Below, piece by piece: positions 1 to 14,359 of a DNA stretch of 64,000 bases. Numbering within the stretch: position 1 is the first letter of the stretch; each line of letters opens with the position of its first letter. Source of the stretch: the human T2T-CHM13v2.0 reference genome, Homo sapiens; the NCBI RefSeq assembly GCF_009914755.1, contig NC_060929.1; one strand, written 5' to 3'. A program made the position numbers and the translations under genes. The notes beneath the pieces were generated by a model. It made no database searches. It was not told the origin of the DNA and saw only the letters and a list, made by a program, of their open reading frames with translations.

Positions 1-1359
1 GGAAAACCTGAACTAAGATGACAGAGGAATAAGATCAGGTGAACATATGTAATGATAATTATGAATTGTAGATAATCTCAATAGTTGACACCAACAAGCA
101 AACAAACAACCTGAACAATAGACTATTCACAAGGGATGATTTTTAGAGCGAAAGAATTAGGAAGTTTCAGAATATTGAAATAGAAATACCTGGTTGTACG
201 AAGAAAAATAAAACATGTAATATTGATGTCCGATGAAATTCAAAACAAAAACTTTTCCAAGGTGGAGAGATTACATCTGATCAAAATGGCAAAGTCTGTG
301 AAAACTGAAGGAGGGTGTTCATGAGGTCAGTAAATAAGGGTGATGCCATCGGGAGAAAGCTGAATAGACTTATGGAAAGAGGTGTCGAAGATACTGTTCT
401 TATTACGGGAGTGACTGAAAACAAGATGAACCCTGTCCTTCCTTTCTGCATAGTGAAAAGCAAGCAACTTCCAACTTACAATTCTTGGAGAGCAGTGCCT
501 TTTGAAGATAGTCCAATCTCAGGTAAGGCATAGAATGGTGCAAATATACCAAAAACATCGTTTAATGGAAGTGAGTTTGCAGGTTATCTTAGAAGGGATG
601 ATTTTGGATGAAACCACTCAATAACGTAGGAAAAAAAGTTGGGTATAGAAGTACAGAGTAGAATGGGGCACCAGTCCTAGAAAGGTTTGCTCTTGGATGT
701 GGGCCATGCTGGCCTTAGAGAAATCATATTTAAGGGTGATGATTTCCCAGAGTTAAAATAAGGCCTTTCCTGTCTCTCCAAGTGACCAGGCAGCAGCCCC
801 TGAGATGGAGGTGAACAGAATGCCTTTGTGGAAAGGCTGTGATGACAAAGTGGTGCCACCTTGGGGAACTGGGTTGGCAATCTGCATCCTTTGGTGGCTG
901 GCACTCTCAAAATGACAGCAAGAGTGGGTTATTGCTCAAACAATGATCTTCACTCGCTAACTCTGCTTTAACAAATATTCTTGATATGTGCCAGTTTGTA
1001 GCAGTATCCTTTCTCTGTAGAGCTGCAAGGAAATGTAAGTGAGAAAAACTATGAGATTCCTCTTGTAAACATCAGCCTTTGGTGAAATAAACATAAAAAG
1101 GGAGAAATTAGTGCAAAAAGTTAAGGGTAACTTGTTCCTTGTGCACATAGGAGGGGATGTGGTTAAATACATACACCCACATGCACTGAAACATGTTGTT
1201 AAACTTTAAAAAATATGCTCACCACATCCTCTGAGAGTGCAGAGGTGGTTAAAAGCAAACATGGTTACATATATGGAGGTGGAAACAGGTGTCTGAGAGA
1301 TGAGAAATTTCCCCTTAGGCAGCATCGTTATGGTTTCTCATCTAGTATAATAGTTATTA

Positions 1360-1550
1360 GCAGAAGACCTGGATACAGACTGCAGGGTGAGAATCCTGGC
1401 CCTAACATGTATTAGATTTGGGATACTTGTATGCAAAATTAGCATACTGATGGTATCTAATTCATAGGATGTTTGTGAGAATTAGCTCAGGCAATCTAAG
1501 GAATGTGCTTCATTGAGCTCAATGAATGAACAATCACCATTATGATGATT
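1360..1550 (+). mobile_element. MIR-like SINE remnant
   Basis: gagaatcctggcc...atctaattcataggatgtttgtgagaatta resembles the MIR core and 3' end. Confidence 0.5.
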
Positions 1551-2329
1551 AGTCTTTTTTCCCCACTCCTTGCTTATTTGCCAGAAGAGAAGAGAATACA
1601 CAAATATATACCCAAACTATAAAACCTTGAAAAACAGTGAAATTTTAATAGGAACTCCAATAAAACAAATAACAGGTATGTAGGAGAGCTAATAGGAAGA
1701 CAGGTAGATATAGATGATATACATACAGACATGTCTGTTAGGCATAGGGGCATTTGTAGTCTCATAGAAAGTTTGTCACCAGAGCACATTTATTTATAAA
1801 TCCACTTCTTGTCATAGATTAAGTATATATGGATTAGTTTAATATACCCTCTTGTGTGACTGCCTAACAAACATTAATAATAGAGCTTTAAAAACAAATC
1901 CTTCTTGAGAATTTTACATTTATTCTGAAAAATTCAACCTTTAAAAAGTCTAGTTTTTTAAAAAAGTGTTTTAAATATTTTGCTTAAAGGTGTACTGAAT
2001 ATTTGGATTCTTTTCTTTACCTCTTCTGGAGGTAAATATAATATGGTTATGTTTCTACCAGAGGTTGTTTTTCTACCAGGCATTAGCATATTTACTTATT
2101 TTCTGCGATGACAAATACCAGGTATTTTTCCTTTCTCTCTGTCGCTGTCTCTCTCTTGCCTCATTCCTCTTGCTCTGTTTATCCTTCTTCTCTGTTTATA
2201 TATACAGAAATGTCTTAAAGATTATTGCATGTTTTTTCAACTAGAGGAAGGGATAAGTATCTTAAGACACTTAAAAGTGTAAAGTACAGATAATGTATTT
2301 TGACAGCAACAGCAGAGCCCACTTTCACT

Positions 2330-3332
2330 ATTTTTTAAACTTTATTTCAAGTGTAACAAGCATAGAGAAAAGAGAAAAATCCTAACCAAACAGCTCAATG
2401 GATTGGTACAAACTGAACCTACTTATAGCCAAGACCAGGTCATTAAGTAGAACATTTTAGCATTCAGAACTCTCTTGTGTCTCCTCCCCATCACTAACAT
2501 TTCACTCCCCTAAAATAAAATAACTATTATTAATTCTGAAAAGATAATTTTATCTGTTTATGAATTGATATAAATTGAATAATAAAATTGGAATTATTTT
2601 GTTACTGGCAACTTTTATAAAATATTTTGAGATTATTTAATTTGTTTTATGTAGTGATCATTTGTTCTTGCAAATACCCATTAGTAAGTATTCCATTGCA
2701 TTGTTGATTAACATTTGGATTGTTTCTCATGTTTGACTATTAAGAATAATTCAGCTATGAACATTTTTGTACCTATGTCTTGGTACACATATGCATACAT
2801 ATCTTTTCTGTTGAAAGTATATCTAGGAGTGGAATTGCTAGGGCACATCATATGTTTATGTTGAACTTGAACTTTATGATTGACTGACACACTCACCAAT
2901 GTGCACAGCCAGGAGAAGTGTAGAAGTTCCTTGTTCCAAAGCTTACCTTGCTCTAGGCATGGTGAATAACCTTTGCCTTTAATCATTCTGGAGCATGGGT
3001 AATCATAATCCTGCAGAATGCATTGATCAACTTTGTACTTAATTATTGCAGGGCATTTAGGTAATAATCTTTGGTGCACTGTCTGATTATGTTTCTTGCC
3101 TTTATTTCTGTTGGGTTGCCTGTCTTGTATTTATTCTCTGGCAGTATTTGATTATTCTGGATATGAGTCCTTTTTCAGTTATGTGTGCTGCAAATTTATT
3201 CTCCTGTTCTGTTGCTTACCTTTCAATCTGTTAAAGGTATTTTGGATGTAGGGCATTCTTATTTTACATAGTTAAATTATCAGTATTTTTATTTGTCATG
3301 TTAGTGTTCTTTGTTTCTTAAGAAATCATTCT
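2330..3332 (-). mobile_element. Old L1 (L1ME/L1MD-like) 3' region
   Basis: ttttttaaactttattt start; gtatatctaggagtggaattgctaggg and other antisense L1M 3' motifs. Confidence 0.7.
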
Positions 3333-4890
3333 CAGAAGTCCTAGCTAGAGCATCCAAATTGGAAAAGAAGATGTCAAATTATCCTTAATCTTACATTTGG
3401 AAGAACCTAAATACTCTACCAAAAAACTATTAGAACCGATAAACAAATTCAGCAATGTTACAGGATACAAAGTCAGCATGTGAAATTGGTAACATTTCTA
3501 TATGCCAACAGTAAAAAGTCTAAAAAATGAATCATGAAAGTAATCCCATTTACAGTAGCCATAAATAAAATAAGCACTTAGGAATTAACTGAAGAAGTAA
3601 AAGGTCTCTACAGTGAAAACTATAAAACATTGATGAAGAAATAAAGAGGACACTCAAAAATGAACAGACATTTCATGCTCGTGAATTGAAAGAATCAATA
3701 CTGTTAAAATGTTCATAGTACCCAAAGCAATCTACAGATTCAATGCAATCTCAATCAAAATACAAATGACATTCTTCACAGAAATAGAAAAAATAATCCT
3801 AAAATGTATATTGAAGTGCAAAAGACCCAGAGTAGTCAAAGCTTTCCTGAGCAAAAAGAACACAACTGGAGGAATCACATTATGTGTCTTCATATCATAC
3901 TACACAGCTATAGTAACCAAAAAAGCATGGAGCTGATATTAAAACAGACACGAAGACCAATGGAACAGAATAGAGAACCCAGAAACAAATCCACACCCCT
4001 ACAGTGAACTCTTTTTCAACAAAGGTGCCAAGAACATACATTGTGGAAAGAACAGTCTCTTCTAAAAAGGTGCTGGGAAAACTGAATATCCATATGCAGA
4101 AGAATGAAACTAGATCCCTATCTCTTACCATATACAAAAATCAAATCAAAATGGATTATAAATTTAAATCTATGACCTCAAACTATGAAATTATTACAAG
4201 TAAATATTGGGGAAACTCCCCAGGAAATTGGACTGAGCAATGACTTCTTGATTAATACTTCGCAAACACAGGCAACCAAAGCAAAATGGACAAATGGGAT
4301 TGCATCAAGTTAGAAAGCTTCTGTATAGCAAAGAAAACAATCAACTAAGTTCCCAGAATGAGAGAAGATATTTTCAAACCATCCATCTGAAAGGGATTAG
4401 TAATCAGAATATATAAGAAGCTGAAGCAACTCAATTGAAACAAATGAAATAATCTGATTTTAAAATGGGCAAAAGATCTGAATAGATATTTCTCAGAAGA
4501 AGACATATGAATGGCAAATATGTTATGAAAAGGTGCTCAACATCATCGGTCATCAGGGAAATGCAAATCAAAGCTACAATCAGATATCATCTTACTCCAG
4601 TTAAAATGGCTTTTTTCCAAAAGACAGGCAATAACAAATGCTGGTAAGAATATGGAGAAAATGGAACCCTCATACACTGTTGGTAGCAAAGTAAATTACT
4701 ACAACCACTATGGAGAACAGTTTGGAGGGTCCTCAAAAAGCTAAAATTAGTACTAACACATGATCCAGCAATCCCACTTCTAGGTATATGCCCAAAATCA
4801 GTATATCAAAGAGAGATCTTCACTCCTATGTTTGTTGCAGCACTATTCACAATAGCCACGATTCAGAAACAACTTAAGTGTCCATCAACA
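3333..4890 (+). mobile_element. L1 (L1MA/L1PB-like) ORF2 3' part, lacking both ends
   Basis: gaagtcctagctagagca...; ORF 3709-3936 ([14 protein letters not shown]) is an ORF2 remnant; stops at aagtgtccatcaaca with no 3'UTR or polyA. Confidence 0.9.
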
Positions 4891-6900
4891 GGTCAACTGA
4901 TTAATGGTGCTGTTCAGTTCAACTATATCCTTACTGGTTTTCTATCTGCTGGATCTTTCAATTACTGTTGGAGGGATGTTTAAGTCTCCAAGTGTAATAG
5001 TGCATTTGTCTATTTATCTTTGAATTTCTATCCATTTTTGTCTCACTTATTTTGACATCCTTTTATTAAGTGCATATACATTAAAAATAGTTATATCTTC
5101 CTAAAGAACTGATCTCTTTACATTCTGTAATTTTCCTCTTTATCTTTGTTAATTCTTCTTGTTTTAAAGTCCGCTTTGCATAAAATTAATACAGCTACCC
5201 CAACTTGCTTTTGATAAGTGTTAGCATGGTAGATCTTTCTTCATCAATTTACTTTTAATCTGTTTGCTTCTTTATATTTTAAAAAATGTAGACAAGATAG
5301 GGCTGGGTCTTGATTTTATATACAGCCTGACAATCTCCATCTTTTAATTGTTGTACTTAGACCATTAATTTAACATTATTATTTATATTTTTGAATTAAT
5401 ATCTCCATCTTTATAACTGTTTTGTATTCATTGAGCTTATTATTTTTCTTTTATGCCTTCACCTTTTAAAAAATATTTTCTAGTTTTAATTGGTCAATTG
5501 ATGGTTTTATTTTATCTCCCCTCTTAGCAATATTATTTATAATTCTTCTAAGAAGTTTTTATAGAGTTGTCCTAGTGTTTGTAATACACATTTACAACTA
5601 ATCTAAGTCCACTTTAAATAACACATACCACCTCATGGGTAGCACAGATAACTTTTAACAAAACATCCCAATTTTCTCCATTGGGTCTCTCATAACATTC
5701 ACTTATTTATCTCTAGGTCAGTTAAGAATAAGAAAAATAAAGTATTTTTTTACCTAATTTATTTCTCCTTTGATATTCTCCCTTCAGTTTTTAAAGCTTT
5801 ATTCAATTATAACAGATATACAAAAACTTCACATACTTAATGCATACATGTGATGAGTGTGAATAAAGGTATATACCTAATATACCATCACTACCATCAA
5901 GGCACTAAACATATCCTTCACCTTTAAAACATTTTCTTGTGTTCCTTTGTGTGTGTGCATGTTGTTAGTGATGGTGGGAACACTTAACAGGAGATCTATT
6001 CTTTTAATATCTTTGAAAATACACACTACCATGTTGTTAACTATAGGTACTATGTTGTAAAGCAGATCTATAAAACTACTTTATCTTGCATATATTGAAA
6101 CTTTATAACCACTGAACAAAAATTCCCCTTCCTCCCTCCTCTCTACTCCTGGCAACTACAGTTCAATTCTCTGCTTCTATGAATTTGACTGCTTGAAATG
6201 CCTCATATAAGTAGATTCATACTGTATTTGTCCTTCTGGAATTGCTTATTTGACTTAGCATAACTTCCTCTAGGTTCATCCATGTTGTTGCTAATGTCAG
6301 GATTTCCTTTTTTTAAAGAGTGAATAGTATTCTATTGTATGTAAATACCTTGTTTTCTTTATTCAGTTATCTATTGATGGACATTTATCCAGAGAAGACA
6401 TAAATGGTCACCAGGTGTATGAAAAGACGCTCCATATCACTAGTCATTAGGGAAATGCAGATCAAAACCACAATAAGATACCACCTCATATCTGTTAAGA
6501 TGGGTATTATAAAAATAAAACTCACAAACACAGCAAGTACTGGTGAGGATGTGGAGAAACTGGAACTCTCATACAGTGTTGAAGGGAGTGTGAATTGGTG
6601 CAGCCACTATGAAAAACAAGATGGAGATTCCACAAAATATTAAAATTAGAACTGCCAGGTGATCCAACCATCTTATTTCTGCATATTTATTCCACGTAAC
6701 TGAAATCAGGATTTTAAGGAGACGTCTGCTCCCCCATATTCGTTAAAGTACCTTTTACAATAGCCAAGATACGTTCTTCTTTGCTTTATGTAGATTTAAG
6801 TTTCTGACACGTACCATTTTACTCCTCTCTGAAGAACTTCTTTTACCATTTCTTGTTGGGCAGGGATACTGGTGACAAATTTCCACAATTTTCATTAGGT
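4891..6900 (-). mobile_element. Old L1 (L1MC/L1MD-like) ORF2-endonuclease to ORF1 region, interrupted at 5788-6770
   Basis: ttcagttcaactatatccttactgg...aagtctccaagtgtaatagtg; resumes at tttatgtagatttaagtttctgac after 6770. Confidence 0.7.
5788..6770 (-). mobile_element. L1MA-like 3' end with inverted 5' segment
   Basis: Antisense 3'UTR 5788-6386, then a sense block 6387-6770 (agaagacataaatgg...caatagccaagata). Confidence 0.8.
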
Positions 6901-6929
6901 TGATAATGGACCAGGCAGAATATAATCGG

Positions 6930-7370
6930 AAAAATAGCAACAACTTTATTTATTTGAAATAAGATCATTTAAAGCAAGAATTTGTAAAATATGTGATGGA
7001 AAACTGAGAAGCCAAATGAGGGCAAATGTTGCCACCAGAGAGAAAGCAGTGAGCCTCTGGGACCGCTGGACTAGAGGGGCAAAAGCTGAGGCTGGTCTTT
7101 GGAACTCAGAGGACTGTTAAACAGGGTGCGAATCCAAGGAGCATATGCTCCTCCTGACAGAGACACGGTTTGGATAAAGAGGGAGGGGAAGAGACACGCT
7201 AGTTTCTCCCTCCACCTACTCTCCATTTTTTCTATTGGACAATTACAAAAGTCCCTGGCAAAAGACCAGGGAAACATGCCCTTTCAGCAGCCAGGCGTCT
7301 GTTTTACAGAGCAGCGTGGGCAAAAACTGAGGAATCAATCTAAGGGCAAATGGCCTAGAGACACTTAAAT
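6930..7370. mobile_element. Ancient ERVL/MaLR-type LTR remnant
   Basis: GC-richer block with ctagtttctccctcc...tattggacaa...cagggaaac motifs like old LTRs; family not resolved. Confidence 0.35.
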
Positions 7371-7374
7371 ATTA

Positions 7375-8300
7375 TATTTGTTTATATTTAAGATACATTT
7401 ACTCCTTCAGAAAAAAATCTTTGAACACAATACTATGCCAGATGCAATTAAGGTAGGTGCTGGGGAATAAAAGGACTAGGAAAATTATGCAAATGTTTGT
7501 AAGAGTGTTGGATTGTTACAAAAGTGGAGAGTCTGTATTGTGTGGCTCTTTATCAGGGGAATTAATTCTAGAATCTGGTCAGGGAGTTAAAATACTTTGC
7601 TCCTTCCCACCCTCCCAAGGAAATGAACTTTATACTTCCATGTGTAGGTTAGTTAGGGGAAAATGAGGAAAATTGGGTGAGGAAGAAAGTCCTAAGCAGA
7701 AGGAAAACCACATGTGAATGAAAGAAGGTCAGACAGTATAATCCATTAGGAGGTTAAAGTAATAAAATTATGGCTTAAGTCTCTTAAGAGAATGGGAGAG
7801 AATTTCCTAGAACATCAGTGGTATGCAGAGGCCAGGTTGTGCAACTCTTTGAAAGCTTTGTCAAAGGTTTGAATATTCTCAGATGAATAAAGCAAGGAAG
7901 AAAATAAAGTTATGACTGGATATAGATTTTTAAGGGATTTCTCTTACTGCAGGTGGTAAACTGACCACAAGGCTTCTGAAAGCAATACAGAAAACATGGC
8001 AGTGGTTTGTGAAAGAGGGAGTGGTTCGTGAGAGAGGCAGTGGCTCAGAAGAGATGATGGGAGCCTGGACTTTGGAGACTGATGTAAGAAAAACAGTCTG
8101 AATGAATTCCAGAAATATTTATTCAGAAAAATAAAAAAGAGTTAGTGATGTCTGCTTATTCAATTATTTAGCTATTCAACAATATTTGTTGAACAATGAC
8201 TACGTGAAGTGTACAAGATAAGCTGAAGTGAATGAGATAAGCAGGAGTTTATAGAGTAGTTTAGATATGTTAAAATGTTACTATTATATATAATTATAAA
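7375..8300 (-). mobile_element. L2 fragments
   Basis: tactatgccag...gtgctgggga; tattcaacaatatttgttgaac L2 3'-end motif. Confidence 0.55.
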
Positions 8301-9239
8301 TATATATCGTTATTTTTGTGTTGCTATAAAGGCCAAATACGTATTTTTTGGAAAGTGTTTCAATACAGAATAGTAAAAGAGAGGAGATTAAGATTGTCAT
8401 GTAACATCAATTAGAATTCAAATAGATGCACAGATTTCTGGAAGAATTGCATTAAAATGATCATCAAAACTGTGAAAGTGGATAAAATGCCTCTGGAGAG
8501 AAAGGATTCCCGAGTGAGAGAAGAGGAGGCCGTAAAAAGATGAAAGTGAAAGAGGATAAATGGTTCCTCTCCTCCCCCAATGTTCCCACGCCTCACTAGC
8601 AAATCAAGACAAGATTTCAGAGAAATCTTTTCATTTTCCTGTCAATGTAAGAAATTTAGATCCTCATTTGCTATAATAATTTCTTCAATAACAAAAGAAT
8701 GCTAGGACCATGGTCCAAAGGGTGGAGAGAACCAGTACATGATCAAGGGTGCCGCCGAAAGTAGACCTAGTTCAGAGTGCAAATGCCTTATTATGGATTT
8801 CAGCCAGGTCTCTCTTGCTCTGGTGATTTCCACACCACCTTTTCTCTGCCCTAATCTTCCTGAATTGTCCCAAATTTGCTTTTTATGGTTCTGTGTTCAC
8901 TCATGGAAATCTAACGATACATGTATCCTAAAAATTGTGTTGAAATGCTCTAATGTAACAAATATGATTCCTGGACCAGGAATCATAAGTTATTTTCCTT
9001 TACTTTGATGGCACTGAAAATGTTGCATTAGCCTCACTATATTAAAAAAAAAAGTTACTCAAAACATCAATATTGCTACAGAGCCTGGAGATGCACTGTT
9101 TGCCAAATATTAAATATCATCATGCATACACTGCTATGAAGGTAGAAAATATTTATTTAAAGGAAAATGTTTTACATCTCCAATAAGAGAAATACAAAAT
9201 ATTGTGGAAAATTCAATATTTTTTTTTCTCAGCTGAAGC

Positions 9240-9470
9240 CATTGGGGGATTGTGGAAAGAAGACAGGTTCAACTCCCTGCCTGGCAGCCCCCACTGATTG
9301 TGTGAACTATTGCAAGTTGCCGAACTTGTTTAACCTAAAGTAATGTCGATAAGAATCCACTTTCCTCATTTAAAGTAGATGAGATCAGCTTTTTCAACTA
9401 TGTAACCCATAGCAGTGCTATGAGGATGAGGAAGATGAGACATAATATACTTAAACAATGATGGTGATTA
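9240..9470 (+). mobile_element. MIR-like SINE remnant
   Basis: ggttcaactcc...tgtgtgaact...tttcctcatttaaagtagatg. Confidence 0.5.
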
Positions 9471-10911
9471 TTATTGTATGAATAGGAACTGTTATTTCAG
9501 GCATGGTTATTTTTAATATAAAATGATATTACAACTATAAAACCCAGTTGGCCAATGTTTTGTGAAATTTTCTATGCCATTAACAGTCTCTTGACATATC
9601 AAGATTCGTTCATTTAAAAAGTCACATATTTGTGAGAGTATTAATCGAGGATATTGATTTAGCATAAGGTTGTGGAAAGAAAGAAAAATATAGCTGGTTT
9701 ATAAAAAGATACATTTGAACATTCTGCCATTGCCTTTAACTAGTGAGCTTACCTCATTTAGACAATATAAGAATATGATACAACTTTAAGCAATTACTAT
9801 CAATGACTATCATATATTAAATATACAATTAGTAAAGAAATTTTACAATCAGAAACAACTGTATTTCTTTAATACCTAAAATAGACCTTATGAAGACTTT
9901 TTAGTTTCAGATGGCATGAATAAGAGCTATTTAAGGCTGGACTTTTATATGTAATAGGAAAGATGATGCTAGTTAGCTATAGACTTATTTTCTGTTAAAA
10001 CATGATCACAGCAACAAAGCCCCTAGACTTCCAAAAATACACCTAGTGATATATCTAAAGGCTGCAATAAAAAATAAAATTCATGTTTGAAAACATAAAA
10101 TCAGACTTTTCATCTGTAAATATTAAGCAAAAAAGTGATGAGTTATACAATTAAAACATTGCCTTCAATATTATAAAAAGTAAAGCATGAATGGAATAAT
10201 CTAGGATTCCTCATTCCAAGTTGTTGATTAAAATGTAATTCCATGTCCAGTAGTAAATCCGCTGTAGAAATAAATGCGTCTTCAATAAATTCCTGCTGGA
10301 CAATTCCAAATTTGATTGCTAAGAAATGACACATTTACAATGTGATTGCCACATATTATGGCAGATAAGTGAAAAATTTATCATAAATATGAAGTACTTA
10401 GAGCTACAAATATATTTTTATGTCTTAGACATAAGGTAATAATAGATAATTATATTCATGCAAGTGATATTTTCTTTTTCTCTACTCTGATTAGTAAATT
10501 CCTCTAATAATTCTGAGTTTACCCAGTGTCCTGTTAGCTGGATGGATTTGAATGATGCATTCTGGTAGGTCTTCTAGGTATTCCCAATAGGCTCAAATCA
10601 ATCTGTTTCTGCACAAGAAATGCTTGCCTAACTTTCATGTGGTAGATAATTATGGGCTTCAGAATAAAGACAACAATTCTTAAAACTTAGCTGTGTTACT
10701 TACTAGCTTTTCCAAGTTCATACAATGTGTCACTCGTAAGCCACCATTTTTAAATATAAAATGATTTGATAGTAATTTTATCTCTGAAGATTAACTAAGA
10801 TAGTATATGTGAATAGTCCTACAAAATATAAACTGTATTTTCTTCCTTCTTTGTTAAAAATTTGCATCAGACATTGTGTGAAGCTCTGAGAATTCAAATG
10901 CACAACTCTAA

Positions 10912-11400
10912 TACTTTTTTTCCCAATATTTTATTATGAATATTTTCAAATATACAGAAATAGTTGGGCAAGGAGCACCATATACTCCCTATCTAGATTC
11001 TACAATAAACATTTTGCTTTGGTTGCATTACTTATCTATACATCTGTCCATTTCTCAATCTATCTTATTTTGTATTCATTTCCAAATAAATTTTAGAAAA
11101 TATGTTTCACCCCTAAACTCTTGAGCATGTATAACATTACCTAGAGTTCAAATACCTATTTACTATTTTTCTAAAATTTACCTCAATGAAATGTACACAT
11201 TTTAAATATATTTTTTGATAATTTTTGACAAATGTCTTTCTAAACCCCAAATCCTATTAAGGTATAGAATATTACTGTCACCCCAGGAGGCTTTCAGGCT
11301 TTCATGTAACCCTTCCCAGTCAATCTACGGCCACATCCCTCCTACAGGCAAACACTGTTCTGCCTTTCTTTCACTATAGATTAAATTGCACAACTCTAAT
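10912..11400 (-). mobile_element. Old L1 (L1MC/L1ME-like) 3' end
   Basis: ttttattatgaatattttcaaatatacagaaa...cacccctaaa antisense L1M 3'UTR. Confidence 0.65.
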
Positions 11401-11454
11401 TCTCATGAAGCTCACATCCTATGTACATAAAGAACAGGTACATACCTGCTGTGT

Positions 11455-11579
11455 TATACGGATACCACATTATTAATCCATGTCATCTGTTGATGGACAC
11501 TTAGATTGCCTCCATACCTTGGTGACTGTGAAAAATACTCAGTGGAATATTATTTAGCCTTAAAAAAGAAGGAGAACCC
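11455..11579 (+). mobile_element. Small L1 fragment with inversion
   Basis: Antisense ataccacatt...gatggacacttagattg...gtgaaaaatact, then sense cagtggaatattatttagccttaaaaaagaagg. Confidence 0.65.
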
Positions 11580-12553
11580 AAGTCCCTGCTAGTTCATTCC
11601 CCTCGCCCCTCTCTCCATTGAGTTTTGTGTTCCTCAGAGCTCACCTTAGTCTGTGGCTCATCCCTCTCTTCACTTTCAGAGGACTTTACATTCCAAGGCT
11701 TTAATTATCCAGAAAATATTTAATAGATCTTAATTTCTATTTATACTGCAGACTTTTATTCCAAAATCTGGAGTTATATAGCTAATGCCCTATTTGACAT
11801 TTGGATTTAAGGAGATCACAGGTATCACGACTAACATTTCTGATAAGAGCCTTGATATTTCCTCCCAAATCAGGTTTTCCCTCATTCGTCACCATTTCAG
11901 TAAACGGCACCACCATCTACCGTGTGGCTTGATCTAGAAACTTGACCCTTCCTCATTTCTTCTCTTTCTATTAGCATCCACATTACAACCACCAAGCAGA
12001 TCAGATAACCTTGTCTCGAAATTATACCTGGAATATTTTCATTTATTACCTTCTCTGCTGCTACAACTTAATCCAAATTAGTGTCATATCTTGCTTTCAG
12101 TATTTATGCAACTTTCTGTGTTTATTCTTTTATTGTTCCTCACAACTCCCAAATCCTCAAAATAACAAGAGTCATCTCTTGAAAATGTAAGCTATTCATA
12201 TGGCTTTCCAATGAATTTAGAATAAAATGCAAAATATATCACTTGGCATGCACAAATGTGTATACTCCATTCCTATTTTCCTCCGCAACTTTATTTTTCA
12301 CCGCCTATTCATGTAATGAGTATTCTTTAGTTACCTAGGTCTTAACACGCAAGCTTGTTCCAACTTTAGGACATTGGCCCTCTGGCCTCTACCTTTTCAA
12401 GTGTATGGCTCTTTCTCATTCATTCGGTTTTACAAACACTTCCTTAGGGAGACCTTCTAGAAATATCTGAGGTAGCTCTCAGTGCATGATTGGTAGATGA
12501 GGGTTCAGCATTCCTTTCAACTTTCTTCTAATGTCCATTTAAATAAGGCAGAG

Positions 12554-12890
<337 letters not shown>

Positions 12891-13097
12891 TTAGAAACTC
12901 TCTGTATCTAGGTGTGGCCATGAGATAAATCTTAGCTAATGGGATCAAAGTGGGAGGAGTGTTTGCAACTTTCGGGTAGTATATATAAAAGAGAAAAGGT
13001 GCAGGCTAGTATTAGCAGGTTCTGGCGTACCATTTTAGAAAATGTGGATGAGTAAATCCCTTAGGGATGATGGAGCTGTTTACTGCTGTTTTGTGAA

Positions 13098-13167
13098 ACA
13101 CACACACACACACACACACACATTCTTATATATATATATACACACATATATTCACACACACACACAC
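13098..13167. repeat. Compound (CA)n/(TA)n microsatellite
   Basis: Seen directly. Confidence 0.95.
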
Positions 13168-14317
13168 GTTCTTAATAAAACCAGTGTTATCTAGGGATCT
13201 CTAGAGTAGCATTTGATCCTACACCTTACTAATATAGCCCTGCCATTCTTTTCTGTCTCTGAGCTCTGTTTACTTCCCTCCCATTTTACAATTATTAGCT
13301 TTTTTGCTTGTCAAATATATATTATCACTGCTAGACAAGATAAAGACAGGAACTTTTGTTGCTATACTGATTACTGAATATCCAATGTCTATTCCAATAA
13401 TTAGTTAACAATAGACCTGCAATACATATTTGTGAATGTATGGATGAATGGGAATGGAAGAATAATTTAATTGGGTAAGTACTTTGAAGCTATTATTTAT
13501 ACAATTCCTTCAGCTTAAAACTCCAGAAATCACCAAAGGAGAGTTAATTCTGATGAAATTGACTGGGCCAGGGTGTCTGCAGCTGAACATTAGGAGGTCC
13601 CCAAATAATTCCAAAACGCAACCAAAGTCGAAAATGTCTATCATGGAAGATTCCCAGAAAAACACACTTCTTCATCAAAACTGATAAAACATTGACTACT
13701 GAGGTATTTGGGGATTTAGCATGCAACCATCTATCATATTTTGACAAGATAATTGATGCTATGCATGGGCAGTAGAACCATGTAGAAAGAAGTTTTGAAT
13801 GTCGAATAGTTATCAAAGCAATAAGAATGTTGGGCAAAATTTAAAACACCACAAGTAAAAATTTATATTTAGTATATACATATTTTAGTTATATGTTAAC
13901 ATATACTAAGCCATTTATTCAAATATAATCATGGGATGGTTGAAATCATTCAATAGAAATGTATAATCTTAAATTCACTGAGATTACTCAATTTCTTTAA
14001 TTTATGTAAAATCATGTGAAGTACATGGGCCTTGGAATTCTAATGATAAACCAAATCCAGACATTGCTTTTGGGGATTTCAAGGATAAAGTACATAAACA
14101 TAATGTATGAGAATGCGTTGGCCCGTCAACAAAATATCCTGCTATTTTTACATAGCAAGAAAAAAATCATCAATTCTCCAGTTGAATGGAAAAGTGAAAT
14201 ATATGTAACTCCACATATATGTAGCACAGTTGCATACAATTGTATACATATAATTATTGTATTAACAAAGATACATAAAATTATTGACCATATAATAATA
14301 ATTATATATAATTACAT

Positions 14318-14321
<4 letters not shown>

Positions 14322-14354
<33 letters not shown>
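14322..14354. repeat. (AT)n microsatellite
   Basis: Seen directly. Confidence 0.95.

Positions 14355-14359
<5 letters not shown>

Noticed and set aside
3709-4243. ORFs with protein-like sequence ([14 protein letters not shown]...)
   Set aside because: Frameshifted L1 ORF2 remnants, not a host gene.
8175-8193. Near-palindrome ttcaacaatatttgttgaa
   Set aside because: Ordinary feature of the L2 3' end.
13544-13837. 97-aa minus-strand ORF in non-repeat sequence
   Set aside because: Non-ATG start, no recognisable domain and no convincing splice-site pair.
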